64,000 bases of DNA, from positions 10,873 to 74,872 of the forward strand of contig JAILPY010000175.1 in assembly GCA_024699235.1 (NCBI GenBank), written 5' to 3'. The DNA comes from Treponema sp. (GTDB lineage: Bacteria; Spirochaetota; Spirochaetia; Treponematales; Treponemataceae). A model generated the notes under the pieces. That model made no database searches, was not told the DNA's origin, and saw only the letters and a list, made by a program, of their open reading frames with translations. The translations under genes were made by a program, and so were the position numbers. Positions 48,861 through 58,264 of this stretch are shown here, piece by piece (the stretch's first letter is position 1; every line of letters starts with the position of its first letter).

Positions 48861-50558
48861 ATGTTTTCTTTAGATAAGATTGTTATATCTATTCCTCTTG
48901 TGTTGAGCAGTTTATGTATTTTGCTAATGATGGGTCGAAAACCTTCTACGGAACAGAAGTATGCTTTGGTGATTTCATTTTTAAATATGTTTTTTTCATT
49001 TGGGTATTTCTTATGTTTTGACTCTAACTTTACGCCAATAAGTCTTCTTGGATTGAAAATTGTATATGCATCGGCAATTGCAAGTTTACCTGTTTTTATT
49101 CAGATAGATTCATTGCTTTTTAACATAAGGATTTCTCGAAGGCTGTTTTTTGTTATTACAAGCTTTACAGTGATAGTATTTTTCTTACTTATCCTGACAT
49201 ATGATTCTGCAAAATTTTCTAATATTCTGTCAGGTTCAACTTTAACGCTATATTATTTATATACTATAAGCCTTTCTGTTTTTACTTTTGCAATATTTAT
49301 ATTCCGTATGATAACATGCCCTAAGAATGAGCGTCTGTTTTTTATAAGGATGTTTTGCATTTGCATTCTGCCTGTTTCATCTCTTTGCTTTATACATGTT
49401 AATAAAATATTTTTTATTTTGCCTTCTTATGCTTTATCTGTATTTATAATATATGTAACGGTTCTTGTTTTAAGATATAAATTTTCTAACTTACCGGATC
49501 AGGCTCTTGCTGTTGTAGAAAATGCTGTTCCTGGACCTTGTTTTATTCTTGATGATAAACTTATGGTTCATGATGCAAATCTATTGGCAGTACAAATGTT
49601 TCCTGAATATCTGGAAGTACGTAAAATGCTGAAAAAACCGGTAAAAGCAAATGATTTGCTGCTTCAGATAGTTTTTAATACAGAGAATGACATAGATTCT
49701 GAAAATAACTCGTTTGAAGTTGAAGGCAAGCAGTATCAAGGGTATTGTGTTGCAATAAAATCTGAATATAGGTTCTATGGATATACAGTCGTACTTAAAG
49801 ATATAACAGCCCAAAGTGATGTTGTTCTTAGGCTTGAAAAGAGAAATGCACAGCAAAAGCAGATTTTAAGATATTATGAGAATGAAATTTCAAGTATTCA
49901 GAGCAAAATTGTATCGGGTCTTATGCAGCTTATTTATTCTTCTGATCAAGATACAGGCGGTCATATAAGAAGGGTTAGTAATTATACGAATGTAATTGCA
50001 AGGCAGCTTCTTGCAGATGGAAAATACAGTAACAAATTGACAGAGCGTTATGTTGAAATGCTGACAAAAGTTTCTCCTCTCCATGATATTGGTAAAATTA
50101 AGATAGATAAAGGGCTTGTTACGGTGCCCGATACTTTTTCTATTTTAAATGATGTAGATGTACAGCGTCATGTTTTAAGCGGTGCAGAAGTAATAGACTC
50201 CCTTTTTGTTAATAATCCAGAAGATTTATTTTATTTGCTTTCAAAAGAAATTACTTTATACCATCATGAATGGTGGGATGGAGAAGGTTATCCTAAAGGA
50301 TTGACCGGATACGAAATACCTCTTTCTGCCAGAATTGTTGCCGTTGCTGATGTCTTTGACAATGTTTCTTTCAGGCATTATAAGGAAACGCATAAATCAA
50401 ACTTTAATGAAACTTTTAATGCTGTAGTCATGTATTCTGGCAAAAGATTTGATCCTTCTGTAATAGAATCATTTAAGAATGCAAGAACAAAGATAGAAAA
50501 GCTTTATGAGGAAATGGTTGTTGAAGATTTTTCATTGATTTTTGCTGAAAAAAAATAA
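48861..50558 (+). CDS. Membrane-anchored HD-GYP phosphodiesterase (7TM, PAS-like, HD-GYP)
   Basis: About 7 TM helices; DTGGHIRRV, LHDIGK, HHEWWDGEGYP, ARIVAVADVFD. Confidence 0.87.
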   Translation: MFSLDKIVISIPLVLSSLCILLMMGRKPSTEQKYALVISFLNMFFSFGYFLCFDSNFTPISLLGLKIVYASAIASLPVFIQIDSLLFNIRISRRLFFVITSFTVIVFFLLILTYDSAKFSNILSGSTLTLYYLYTISLSVFTFAIFIFRMITCPKNERLFFIRMFCICILPVSSLCFIHVNKIFFILPSYALSVFIIYVTVLVLRYKFSNLPDQALAVVENAVPGPCFILDDKLMVHDANLLAVQMFPEYLEVRKMLKKPVKANDLLLQIVFNTENDIDSENNSFEVEGKQYQGYCVAIKSEYRFYGYTVVLKDITAQSDVVLRLEKRNAQQKQILRYYENEISSIQSKIVSGLMQLIYSSDQDTGGHIRRVSNYTNVIARQLLADGKYSNKLTERYVEMLTKVSPLHDIGKIKIDKGLVTVPDTFSILNDVDVQRHVLSGAEVIDSLFVNNPEDLFYLLSKEITLYHHEWWDGEGYPKGLTGYEIPLSARIVAVADVFDNVSFRHYKETHKSNFNETFNAVVMYSGKRFDPSVIESFKNARTKIEKLYEEMVVEDFSLIFAEKK

Positions 50559-50642
50559 TTTGTAAAAATTAATGGGAGGGGAGTTTTTCTTAAATCTTAA
50601 ATTTTTGTAACGAATATGCATGTTTGTTCGTTATAATATATT

Positions 50643-53570
50643 ATGACTACTTTTTTATATAGAAAAAAAAATCATTTATTAAATTATGTTGTAGTATTAT
50701 TTACAGCAATATTGATTCCTGTCTTGCTGATAACTGCCTGTTCTGGTTCAAAAGTTAAGCCTTTAGAAAATCTTAGGCAGTACAACCTTGATAATGGTCT
50801 TACCCTATTTACTGCTAAAGACGATTCTGTCCCTCTTGTATATATTGAGATAGCTTTTAGATGTGGAGCTGTTGCTCAGTCTCCTGAAACTGCAGGGTTA
50901 TTCCATTTATATGAACACATGATGTTTAAGGGTAATCTTTTGTATGGAGATGCTGCTTCTTTTAGCCGTGCAGAGAATGATATGGGGGTTGCTTCTCAGA
51001 ATGGCTCAACGGGCATAGATTGTGTAAATTATTTTTTTACAATACCTAAAGATCAGCTTGAAAAAGGACTTGCTTTTTGGAATGCCGCAATACGAACCCC
51101 TCTTATTGATCAAAAAGAGCTTGAAAATGAAAAAAAAGTTGTTTTAGCTGAAATACAGGGCGATGAGGCCGAGCCTAATCAGATATACAGCAGTTACTTG
51201 AGGTATAAGCTTTTTCCAGATGAACCATATCGTACAGATCCAAGTGGTTCTACGGATGTTGTACGGAATGCTACAGTTGCTCAGCTTCGTGACATTCAGT
51301 CTAAATATTATATTCCAAAGAATGCAGCTCTTTTTGTTGGCGGTGATATAGATAGTGATGAGGTTTACGAACTCGTAAAGAAAATATTCGGTACGTGGAG
51401 TAATAACGGCAATGAAAGGCCTTCTGAAGGACGGCAGCAGGAGAAATCACCTTTTGATTCTGTTCATTATGCTGTTATGCCTTATGACCGCATTTCGCCT
51501 CAGGTTGCAGAAGTAGCTATTTGCTTTAGGGGACCTGATGCTGATTTTAACATTGAAGATACGTATGCTGCTGACTATTTGTGCAGTTTACTTGATGAAC
51601 CTGATGGAATTTATAAAACAACGCTTGTAAAAGATGAAGGGCTTATGATTCCAGATATTGATTATGTCTGGAGCGGTTATCATACTTCACGAGCAAGCGG
51701 ACTATTTGAATTTGGCGGTATGATGCTTTCTCCTCAGGAGAATCTTTCTTCGCGCGTTAATTCTTTCCTTTCTGCTGTACAGGAAAAGATTCTTCCTCAG
51801 ATTATTTCTGATAAGTCCTTGTACTCTCGTTCAAAGGTTAAAGACATTGCATTGAAACTTAAGAACTCTGATACCATATCTTCACAAACTGCAGCAGGAC
51901 TTTTAAATACTGTCCGCTTTTGGTGGAATGCCACGTCACCTGAATATTATTATTCATACAATGAAAGGGTTTCTCATGTAAAGCAATCTGAGGTAAAGCA
52001 ATTTGTATCTAATTATTTTGAAGGTAAAAAGCCTCTTGTCCTCTTGCTTATAAATCCTTCTGTTTATGAGTCTGTAAGTAATGAACTTGTATCTTCTGGT
52101 TATGAAGTAATAACATCTGAAAATGCATTCTGGTGGAAAGATCCTAAGTTTTCTCCTGATCCTTTAAAGATTGCAACTGAAGAAAAAGATTTGCTCAAGC
52201 AGGAAATTTATATCCCTCTGGATAAATCAAATGCAGATTCATATGATGTTGGAAAAACTTCGGATGTAAATTCTTATGCCCTTAAAAACGGTATACCTGT
52301 ATATGTTAAATATAATCCTTCTTATAAAGTTGATTCTGTTGATATTGTTGTAAGAGGGGGTATTTCACATCTGACAGAAGAGACTTCTGGCCTTGAGGCA
52401 TCTCTTTTTAATATGATGGCTTCTAGTTCTGAAAAATATGATAAGGCATCCCGTGATATTCTTCAGCATAAAACTCAGGCAGGAATTGGGGTGTATTCAA
52501 AAGTTGCAGGAACGGCACTTACGCTTGGAGTAATTGATGATTATCTGTATGATGTGCTTCCTGTGTTTACAGATGGTTTTTTGCATCCTTCTTTTGAACA
52601 AAGTGTATATGATAATATGATGACTGATTATGAACAGTCTGTGCAGTCCGTGCTTAACAGTCCTTCTTCATTCCTTTCTTATGAAATGAATAGGGAACTG
52701 TATAAGGATCATCCATTTAAAACAAAGGCTAGCGTAAAGCCTGAGTCCCTGAAGAATATTACTATAGACAATATGAAGAATTTGCATTCAAAAATATTGA
52801 ATGCTGCTGATATATTCGTAGTTGCAGTAGGTAGTCTTGATGGTCAGAAACTTGTTTCTGCATTAAATAAGAGTATTGGTCAACTTGAATGGGATGAGGA
52901 GTCTAAGTATGTTGAACAGGATATTCCTATTCTGCAGATTCAAAATGATACTCATGTCCTTACTATGGATTCTGCGAAAGGTACGGGATATGTTTCTCGT
53001 GTATTTACTTCTCCTGTTCCTTCTGATGACGATTATATTCCAGCTGTTCTGGCAGGGGAAATCTACAGTGATATTTTATACAATCTGGTAAGGGAACATT
53101 ACGGGGCCTGCTATACTCCTTCTTCGTTCGTTCCTATTTCTAAGGCTCCACTTGGGATTGAATATCTTTATAATCTTTCTGATCCTGTTAATTTTGTAAA
53201 ATATATGCAGGAGGCCCGTTCTTATATGGCTCAAGGAAAATTTGTAGAACCGTCAAATAAGAACGCATCTTATAGGATTACTGATATTGAGGACCATTTG
53301 GAAAGCTATAAAAATAAATATTATATTTCTACATATTTCGAAGAACAGACTTCAGGAAGTGTTGCTGCAAATATAATTTATAACCAGATGAGTTATGGAG
53401 ATATGTTCTATAATAAAAAACTTGATGCTCAGGTAAAAAATGTTACTGCTGATCAGATTGTAAGTGTGTTTAAAAAGTATTGGGTTGATGCTCCATGTCA
53501 GTGGTGGGTAATGGTAGGCCCAGACTTTAAGTCTGATGCTGAAAAAGCCTTGGCATCTGAAAAAAAATAA
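50643..53570 (+). CDS. M16 family zinc peptidase lipoprotein
   Basis: HLYEH (HxxEH) plus downstream Glu; LITAC lipobox; second inactive M16 half. Confidence 0.88.
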   Translation: MTTFLYRKKNHLLNYVVVLFTAILIPVLLITACSGSKVKPLENLRQYNLDNGLTLFTAKDDSVPLVYIEIAFRCGAVAQSPETAGLFHLYEHMMFKGNLLYGDAASFSRAENDMGVASQNGSTGIDCVNYFFTIPKDQLEKGLAFWNAAIRTPLIDQKELENEKKVVLAEIQGDEAEPNQIYSSYLRYKLFPDEPYRTDPSGSTDVVRNATVAQLRDIQSKYYIPKNAALFVGGDIDSDEVYELVKKIFGTWSNNGNERPSEGRQQEKSPFDSVHYAVMPYDRISPQVAEVAICFRGPDADFNIEDTYAADYLCSLLDEPDGIYKTTLVKDEGLMIPDIDYVWSGYHTSRASGLFEFGGMMLSPQENLSSRVNSFLSAVQEKILPQIISDKSLYSRSKVKDIALKLKNSDTISSQTAAGLLNTVRFWWNATSPEYYYSYNERVSHVKQSEVKQFVSNYFEGKKPLVLLLINPSVYESVSNELVSSGYEVITSENAFWWKDPKFSPDPLKIATEEKDLLKQEIYIPLDKSNADSYDVGKTSDVNSYALKNGIPVYVKYNPSYKVDSVDIVVRGGISHLTEETSGLEASLFNMMASSSEKYDKASRDILQHKTQAGIGVYSKVAGTALTLGVIDDYLYDVLPVFTDGFLHPSFEQSVYDNMMTDYEQSVQSVLNSPSSFLSYEMNRELYKDHPFKTKASVKPESLKNITIDNMKNLHSKILNAADIFVVAVGSLDGQKLVSALNKSIGQLEWDEESKYVEQDIPILQIQNDTHVLTMDSAKGTGYVSRVFTSPVPSDDDYIPAVLAGEIYSDILYNLVREHYGACYTPSSFVPISKAPLGIEYLYNLSDPVNFVKYMQEARSYMAQGKFVEPSNKNASYRITDIEDHLESYKNKYYISTYFEEQTSGSVAANIIYNQMSYGDMFYNKKLDAQVKNVTADQIVSVFKKYWVDAPCQWWVMVGPDFKSDAEKALASEKK

Positions 53571-53632
53571 AATAGTTTATTTTTTGTGCTATTGACTTTT
53601 TTTCTGTAATATTATATCGTTCAATAAATAAT

Positions 53633-53714
53633 ACATCAAAGGCGATGTGAATAGTTTTTTTAGGTTTCTGACTGACTTCAGGAGATTAAAGCAACTGTTC
53701 ACATCGCCTTTTTT
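53633..53714 (+). promoter_or_regulatory. glnA leader attenuator: terminator whose 5' arm overlaps an ANTAR-like hexaloop hairpin
   Basis: AAAGGCGATGTGAA (53638-53651) pairs with TTCACATCGCCTTT (53698-53711) plus a U run. The alternative hairpin ACATC-AAAGGC-GATGT has loop A1/G4 and a C-G closing pair. Confidence 0.7.
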
Positions 53715-53748
53715 ATTTACTATGCAAATATTCTAACGGAGGATATGT

Positions 53749-55839
53749 ATGGCTGTTAATGTCCCTGAATTGTTTGGCAGTATGGTTTTTAACCAGAAAG
53801 TAATGAAAGACAGATTGCCAAAAGAAACTTTTAAGGCTCTCAAAAAGACTTTAGATGATGGAGAACCTCTTCACATAGACATTGCAAATCAAGTTGCCCA
53901 TGCTATGAAGGAATGGGCTATTGAAAAAGGTGCAACTCATTATACTCACTGGTTCCAGCCATTGACAGGAATTACAGCTGAAAAGCATGATTCATTTATT
54001 ACTCCTCAAGATGATGGAAGTGTAATAATGGCTTTTAGCGGAAAGGAACTTGTAAAAGGTGAACCTGATGCTTCTTCTTTCCCTTCTGGAGGCCGCCGTG
54101 CTACATTTGAAGCTCGCGGATACACTGTTTGGGATCCAACTGCATATCCATTTATAAAGGAGCATACCCTCTGTATTCCAACAGCATTCTGTTCATACAC
54201 AGGTGAAGCTCTTGATAAAAAGACTCCTCTTCTGCGTTCAATGGAAGCATTGAATGTTCAGGCAAAACGTATTCTTAAACTGTTTGGCAAAGAGGTAAGC
54301 CATGTTGCTACAACTGTAGGTCCAGAACAGGAATATTTTATTGTAGACAAAAAGCTGTTTGACGGACGCAAAGACCTTCTTATGACAGGACGCACTCTTT
54401 TTGGAGCAAAACCTTCTAAAGGACAGGAAATGGATGACCAGTACTTTGCAGCTCTTAACCCAAGAATTGTAGAGTACATGGAAGATTTGAACGAGACTTT
54501 GTGGAAGTACGGAATCTATTCAAAGACTGAGCATAATGAAGTTGCTCCTGCTCAGCATGAAATGGCTCCAATCTTTACAACTACAAACCTTTCTACAGAT
54601 CAGAACCAGTTGACAATGGAAGTAATGAAGAAAGTTGCAAAACGCCACGGACTTGTATGTCTGCTTCATGAAAAGCCATTTGCAGGTTTGAACGGTTCTG
54701 GTAAGCACAACAACTGGTCTATGTCTACAAATGAAGGTGAAAACCTTCTTGAACCAGGAAAGACACCTGCAAGCAATGCTCAGTTCCTTTTGTTCCTTAC
54801 AGCAATAATTAAGGCCGTAGACGAAAATCAGGATTTGCTCCGCATTTCTGTTGCAAGTGCTGGAAACGATCACCGTCTTGGAGCAAACGAAGCTCCTCCA
54901 GCTATTATTTCTGTATACCTTGGCGATGAGCTGCATGCAGTTCTTGAATCTATAAAAGATGGAACTCCTTATAGCAGTGAGTCAAATAAAAAGATGACAA
55001 TCGGTGTTGATGTTCTGCCACCTATTCCAAAGGATTCTACAGACCGCAACCGTACATCTCCATTTGCATTTACCGGTAACAAGTTTGAATTCCGTTCATG
55101 CGGTTCAAGCCTTTCAATTGCTGGTCCTAACACAGCTCTTGATGCAATTGTTGCTTATACTCTTAAGCAGTTTGCAGATGAACTTGAACAGGCAAAAGAC
55201 TTTAATTCAGCTTTGCAGTCTCTTATTAAGAGAGAAATTACTGCACACTGGAGAATTGTATTCAACGGTAACGGTTATGATGCTTCTTGGGTTAAGGAAG
55301 CTGAAAAGCGTGGTTTGCTTAACTTGAAGACTTTGCCAGATTCAATGGCTCACTATCTTGATGCAAAGAACATCAAGCTGTATACAGAAATGGGTGTATA
55401 CACAGAAGTTGAGATGAAGAGCCACTATGAGATTAAACTTGAAAAGTATGCACAGGTTTTGAACATTGAAGTTCAGACAATGCTTGAAATGATTAATAAA
55501 GACATCTTGCCTGCTGCATATAAGTATATTCGTGACGTAAGCAAGACTGTTGTTGATTTGAAGGCTGTAGTTCCTTCTGCAAAGGCAACTGCTCAGACAA
55601 CACTTCTTTCAACACTTGATGGTCTTGTAAATGAACTTGCTGTAAAGGAAGAGGCTTTGTGTAAGGCTCATCTTGCTGCTAAGACTTCTGACGATCCAAT
55701 GACTATTGCCCGTGCTTATGTTGATTCTGTAATACCAGCAATGACAGAAGCCCGTGCTGTTGCAGATCAGATAGAACCTCTTCTTGGGGAAAACTATAAG
55801 CCATTCCCTTCATACGAAGACCTTCTGTTTAGAGTTTAG
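53749..55839 (+). CDS. glnA: Glutamine synthetase type III
   Basis: [70 protein letters not shown]; 696 aa. Confidence 0.96.
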   Translation: MAVNVPELFGSMVFNQKVMKDRLPKETFKALKKTLDDGEPLHIDIANQVAHAMKEWAIEKGATHYTHWFQPLTGITAEKHDSFITPQDDGSVIMAFSGKELVKGEPDASSFPSGGRRATFEARGYTVWDPTAYPFIKEHTLCIPTAFCSYTGEALDKKTPLLRSMEALNVQAKRILKLFGKEVSHVATTVGPEQEYFIVDKKLFDGRKDLLMTGRTLFGAKPSKGQEMDDQYFAALNPRIVEYMEDLNETLWKYGIYSKTEHNEVAPAQHEMAPIFTTTNLSTDQNQLTMEVMKKVAKRHGLVCLLHEKPFAGLNGSGKHNNWSMSTNEGENLLEPGKTPASNAQFLLFLTAIIKAVDENQDLLRISVASAGNDHRLGANEAPPAIISVYLGDELHAVLESIKDGTPYSSESNKKMTIGVDVLPPIPKDSTDRNRTSPFAFTGNKFEFRSCGSSLSIAGPNTALDAIVAYTLKQFADELEQAKDFNSALQSLIKREITAHWRIVFNGNGYDASWVKEAEKRGLLNLKTLPDSMAHYLDAKNIKLYTEMGVYTEVEMKSHYEIKLEKYAQVLNIEVQTMLEMINKDILPAAYKYIRDVSKTVVDLKAVVPSAKATAQTTLLSTLDGLVNELAVKEEALCKAHLAAKTSDDPMTIARAYVDSVIPAMTEARAVADQIEPLLGENYKPFPSYEDLLFRV

Positions 55840-55919
55840 ATTGAATTATAGCCTGAAGGCTGTTATAAGTATTCCTTCCCCTAGATGAAGAGGGGAGGAA
55901 TATAAAAACTTTTCTTCTC

Positions 55920-57179
55920 CTACAGAGTCTGTGTAGCCAGCCAGCTCCACAGACTCTGTTTATTATTAGAACTGTCAGTGTAACTGCATTTGTCATTAAA
56001 AAGATAAATCCAAGACCAGTGACCGTTGTATTCCGTTCCGTCTTCTCCATGTACATCTTTAAACAAAGAAACTTTTGCATTGGGAAGTCTTTTTGTTGTA
56101 GGAATAATATGTTCTTCAGGAATGACAGTCTTGTCACTTTCAGAAGCAACAAACCATAGAGGCGTCTTTTTTAATGTTTCTATATCTTCATCTGAAAGCC
56201 ATTTGTCATTATAGGCTTCACAGATAGGGTATGCAGCGGCAAAGTAATTTTGATAATGCAATAAAAGGTTTATTGTCATGTATCCGCCGTTAGAACATCC
56301 GCCTAGATATATCCTTGAAGGATCTATAGCTTTGTGTTTCTTTACAAATTCTTTTATGACATGCATGCATTCTTCTGTATACTGAGAAGACTTGTCTAAG
56401 ACTTCGTCTTTTGTAATGTCATAATTAGTTTCATGGCTCATCCATACTGTAGGATTCTGTACGCACAGTACGTATGCTCCTTCAGGAAAGTATGCCTGAA
56501 TCTTATCTTCTGCAAGTGCAGTTACCTTGTTTCCTAAAAGAACGAGTTCTGTATCATTGCCGCCTTCGCCAGCTCCATGCAGCCATATAATTAAAGGATG
56601 CTTATTTCCATCATCATATGTTGGAGGTGCATAATAACATGCAGAAAGTCTGTTGAATGTCTTTATGTCATTAAATGCCGTTGTCTGTGGACAGAACATA
56701 TCATTGCAGACCGTAATAGGATTTTCAAATTTTGGATGTGAAATGATGTATGGATATTCTGTTTTCCATTCATTAAGCTGTGCCTTTTCATTCCAGCTGA
56801 ACGGACTTTCTTCTGAATGTAAAGGATGTACTGAAAGTTCTAGGGCAATGTGATCATTTTCTTTGGAATTTTCTAATTGATTTCCGTTTAAATCACAGAA
56901 ATAACATTCTGTTACTTCTCTATGTTTGCCTTCTGCTGTTACAGAAAACATAGAAGGAGACATGTCGTTATCTTTAAAATTTGAAATTGAATCTGTATTT
57001 ACGATAATTTTTTTTATTACAGGTCCCCAGTCACAGCCTTCAATGACAAGCGTGTAAGAATTTGCCTTTTCTTTGAACTGTTCTAGAGTTTCTCTGATCA
57101 TTTTTTTCTTCCAACTTGAAATTATAAAGAAGAGAATGGCCATTACGGCCATTATGACGATTCCTGATGTGGTGTTCAT
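55920..57179 (-). CDS. Alpha/beta-hydrolase (esterase/peptidase-like) with N-terminal anchor
   Basis: IIWLHGAGEGG, GGCSNGG (GxSxG), ESDKTV, GHWSW; TAATG coupling to the upstream gene. Confidence 0.8.
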   Translation of the reverse strand: MNTTSGIVIMAVMAILFFIISSWKKKMIRETLEQFKEKANSYTLVIEGCDWGPVIKKIIVNTDSISNFKDNDMSPSMFSVTAEGKHREVTECYFCDLNGNQLENSKENDHIALELSVHPLHSEESPFSWNEKAQLNEWKTEYPYIISHPKFENPITVCNDMFCPQTTAFNDIKTFNRLSACYYAPPTYDDGNKHPLIIWLHGAGEGGNDTELVLLGNKVTALAEDKIQAYFPEGAYVLCVQNPTVWMSHETNYDITKDEVLDKSSQYTEECMHVIKEFVKKHKAIDPSRIYLGGCSNGGYMTINLLLHYQNYFAAAYPICEAYNDKWLSDEDIETLKKTPLWFVASESDKTVIPEEHIIPTTKRLPNAKVSLFKDVHGEDGTEYNGHWSWIYLFNDKCSYTDSSNNKQSLWSWLATQTL

Positions 57180-57862
57180 TATGACTCCTTGAATATTGAG
57201 ATATGTTTTTTCATGAATTTACCGACGGCAGTAATTGCAGGTCCTATTGCGAATGCCATTATTGTTGAGCCCAACATTGATCCCTGTACTCCGTTTACGG
57301 CAAGTTTTCCTGCAATAAGTCCTATTACTATGGCTAGCAAATCATATATAATTCTGATGATAAAGTAAGGAATCTTATTTATTTTGCTGCTGATTATTTT
57401 TATTGCAGCATCATAAGGTGAAAGTCCCATTTCTGAGTTCATGTATACTGCTGCAGAAATTACAAAAAATATTATCGCCGCAATGAATACAATTACTCTG
57501 ATATAGAAAAAATCAGGATTTGTTACTATTGCATGAAAGCCGATATTTTTCCACAGCCAAGTAAAAAAATCAGCTGTGTAACCTATAAGTACCATGTTAA
57601 GTATTGTTCCTACACCTATAAGCCGTGGATTAAATGCAATTGTAAATATTAGCATGATCAAATTAAGTGTGAATTGCCAGTTTCCTAGAGTCCATCCGAT
57701 TTTATTTGAAATGTTAATGTTCATAAATGAACATGGATCTGTTCCCCATGCTGCTTCAATCAAAAATGAAAGTGTAAAACCCATAAAAAATATTGCGGAT
57801 GCTACTACAATGAATTTTTTCCAGAAATTCTTTACAATAAATTGTTGTAAGTTTAGTTTCAT
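57179..57862 (-). CDS. YczE/YyaS/YitT family membrane protein
   Basis: WGTDPCS, GVGTILN, MGLSPYDA, GSTIMAFAIGP. Confidence 0.82.
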   Translation of the reverse strand: MKLNLQQFIVKNFWKKFIVVASAIFFMGFTLSFLIEAAWGTDPCSFMNINISNKIGWTLGNWQFTLNLIMLIFTIAFNPRLIGVGTILNMVLIGYTADFFTWLWKNIGFHAIVTNPDFFYIRVIVFIAAIIFFVISAAVYMNSEMGLSPYDAAIKIISSKINKIPYFIIRIIYDLLAIVIGLIAGKLAVNGVQGSMLGSTIMAFAIGPAITAVGKFMKKHISIFKES

Positions 57863-58030
57863 GTTTTCCTCGATGCAAGGATTATATTATAGAAGAGAGT
57901 GTGCTTCAAGTATGTACTTGATTTCAAGCAAGTACAAAGAATTAAGACATGAACCATTCCTCGCTTGAAAATATTTCGATTTGCCTGTTTCTGCAATATG
58001 ATAAAAATTTAATTTTTATCATGCAAGTGC

Positions 58031-58059
58031 TTGACAATAAAATCTATTTTGTATATGAT
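58031..58059 (+). promoter_or_regulatory. tRNA promoter
   Basis: TTGACA-17-TATGAT. Confidence 0.8.
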
Positions 58060-58080
58060 ACTAATCACGTTAAGGCGAAT

Positions 58081-58153
58081 GCTCCCTTAGCTCAGTTGGT
58101 AGAGCAACGGACTGTTAATCCGTCTGTCGCAAGTTCAATCCTTGCAGGGGGCG
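58081..58153 (+). tRNA. tRNA-Asn (anticodon GTT), CCA not encoded
   Basis: Cloverleaf: acceptor GCTCCCT/AGGGGGC, D arm GCTC/GAGC, anticodon stem ACGGA/TCCGT with loop CTGTTAA, T arm GCAAG-TTCAATC-CTTGC, discriminator G. Confidence 0.97.
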
Positions 58154-58158
58154 CTTTT

Positions 58159-58186
58159 AGGCTAGGTATAAAACCTAGCCTTTTTT
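58159..58186 (+). terminator. Terminator after tRNA-Asn
   Basis: AGGCTAGGT/ACCTAGCCT stem plus T run. Confidence 0.85.
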
Positions 58187-58264
58187 ATTTTGAATACTGT
58201 ATTACTGAAATTATTCTTTGCAACATATAAAACTCATGGTATAATAAGAATAAATTAAAATTCC

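Noticed and set aside
53638-53660. Fluoride riboswitch (GGCGATG start)
   Set aside because: Lacks the nearby TTCGCC pairing partner; context is glnA; better explained by the attenuator.
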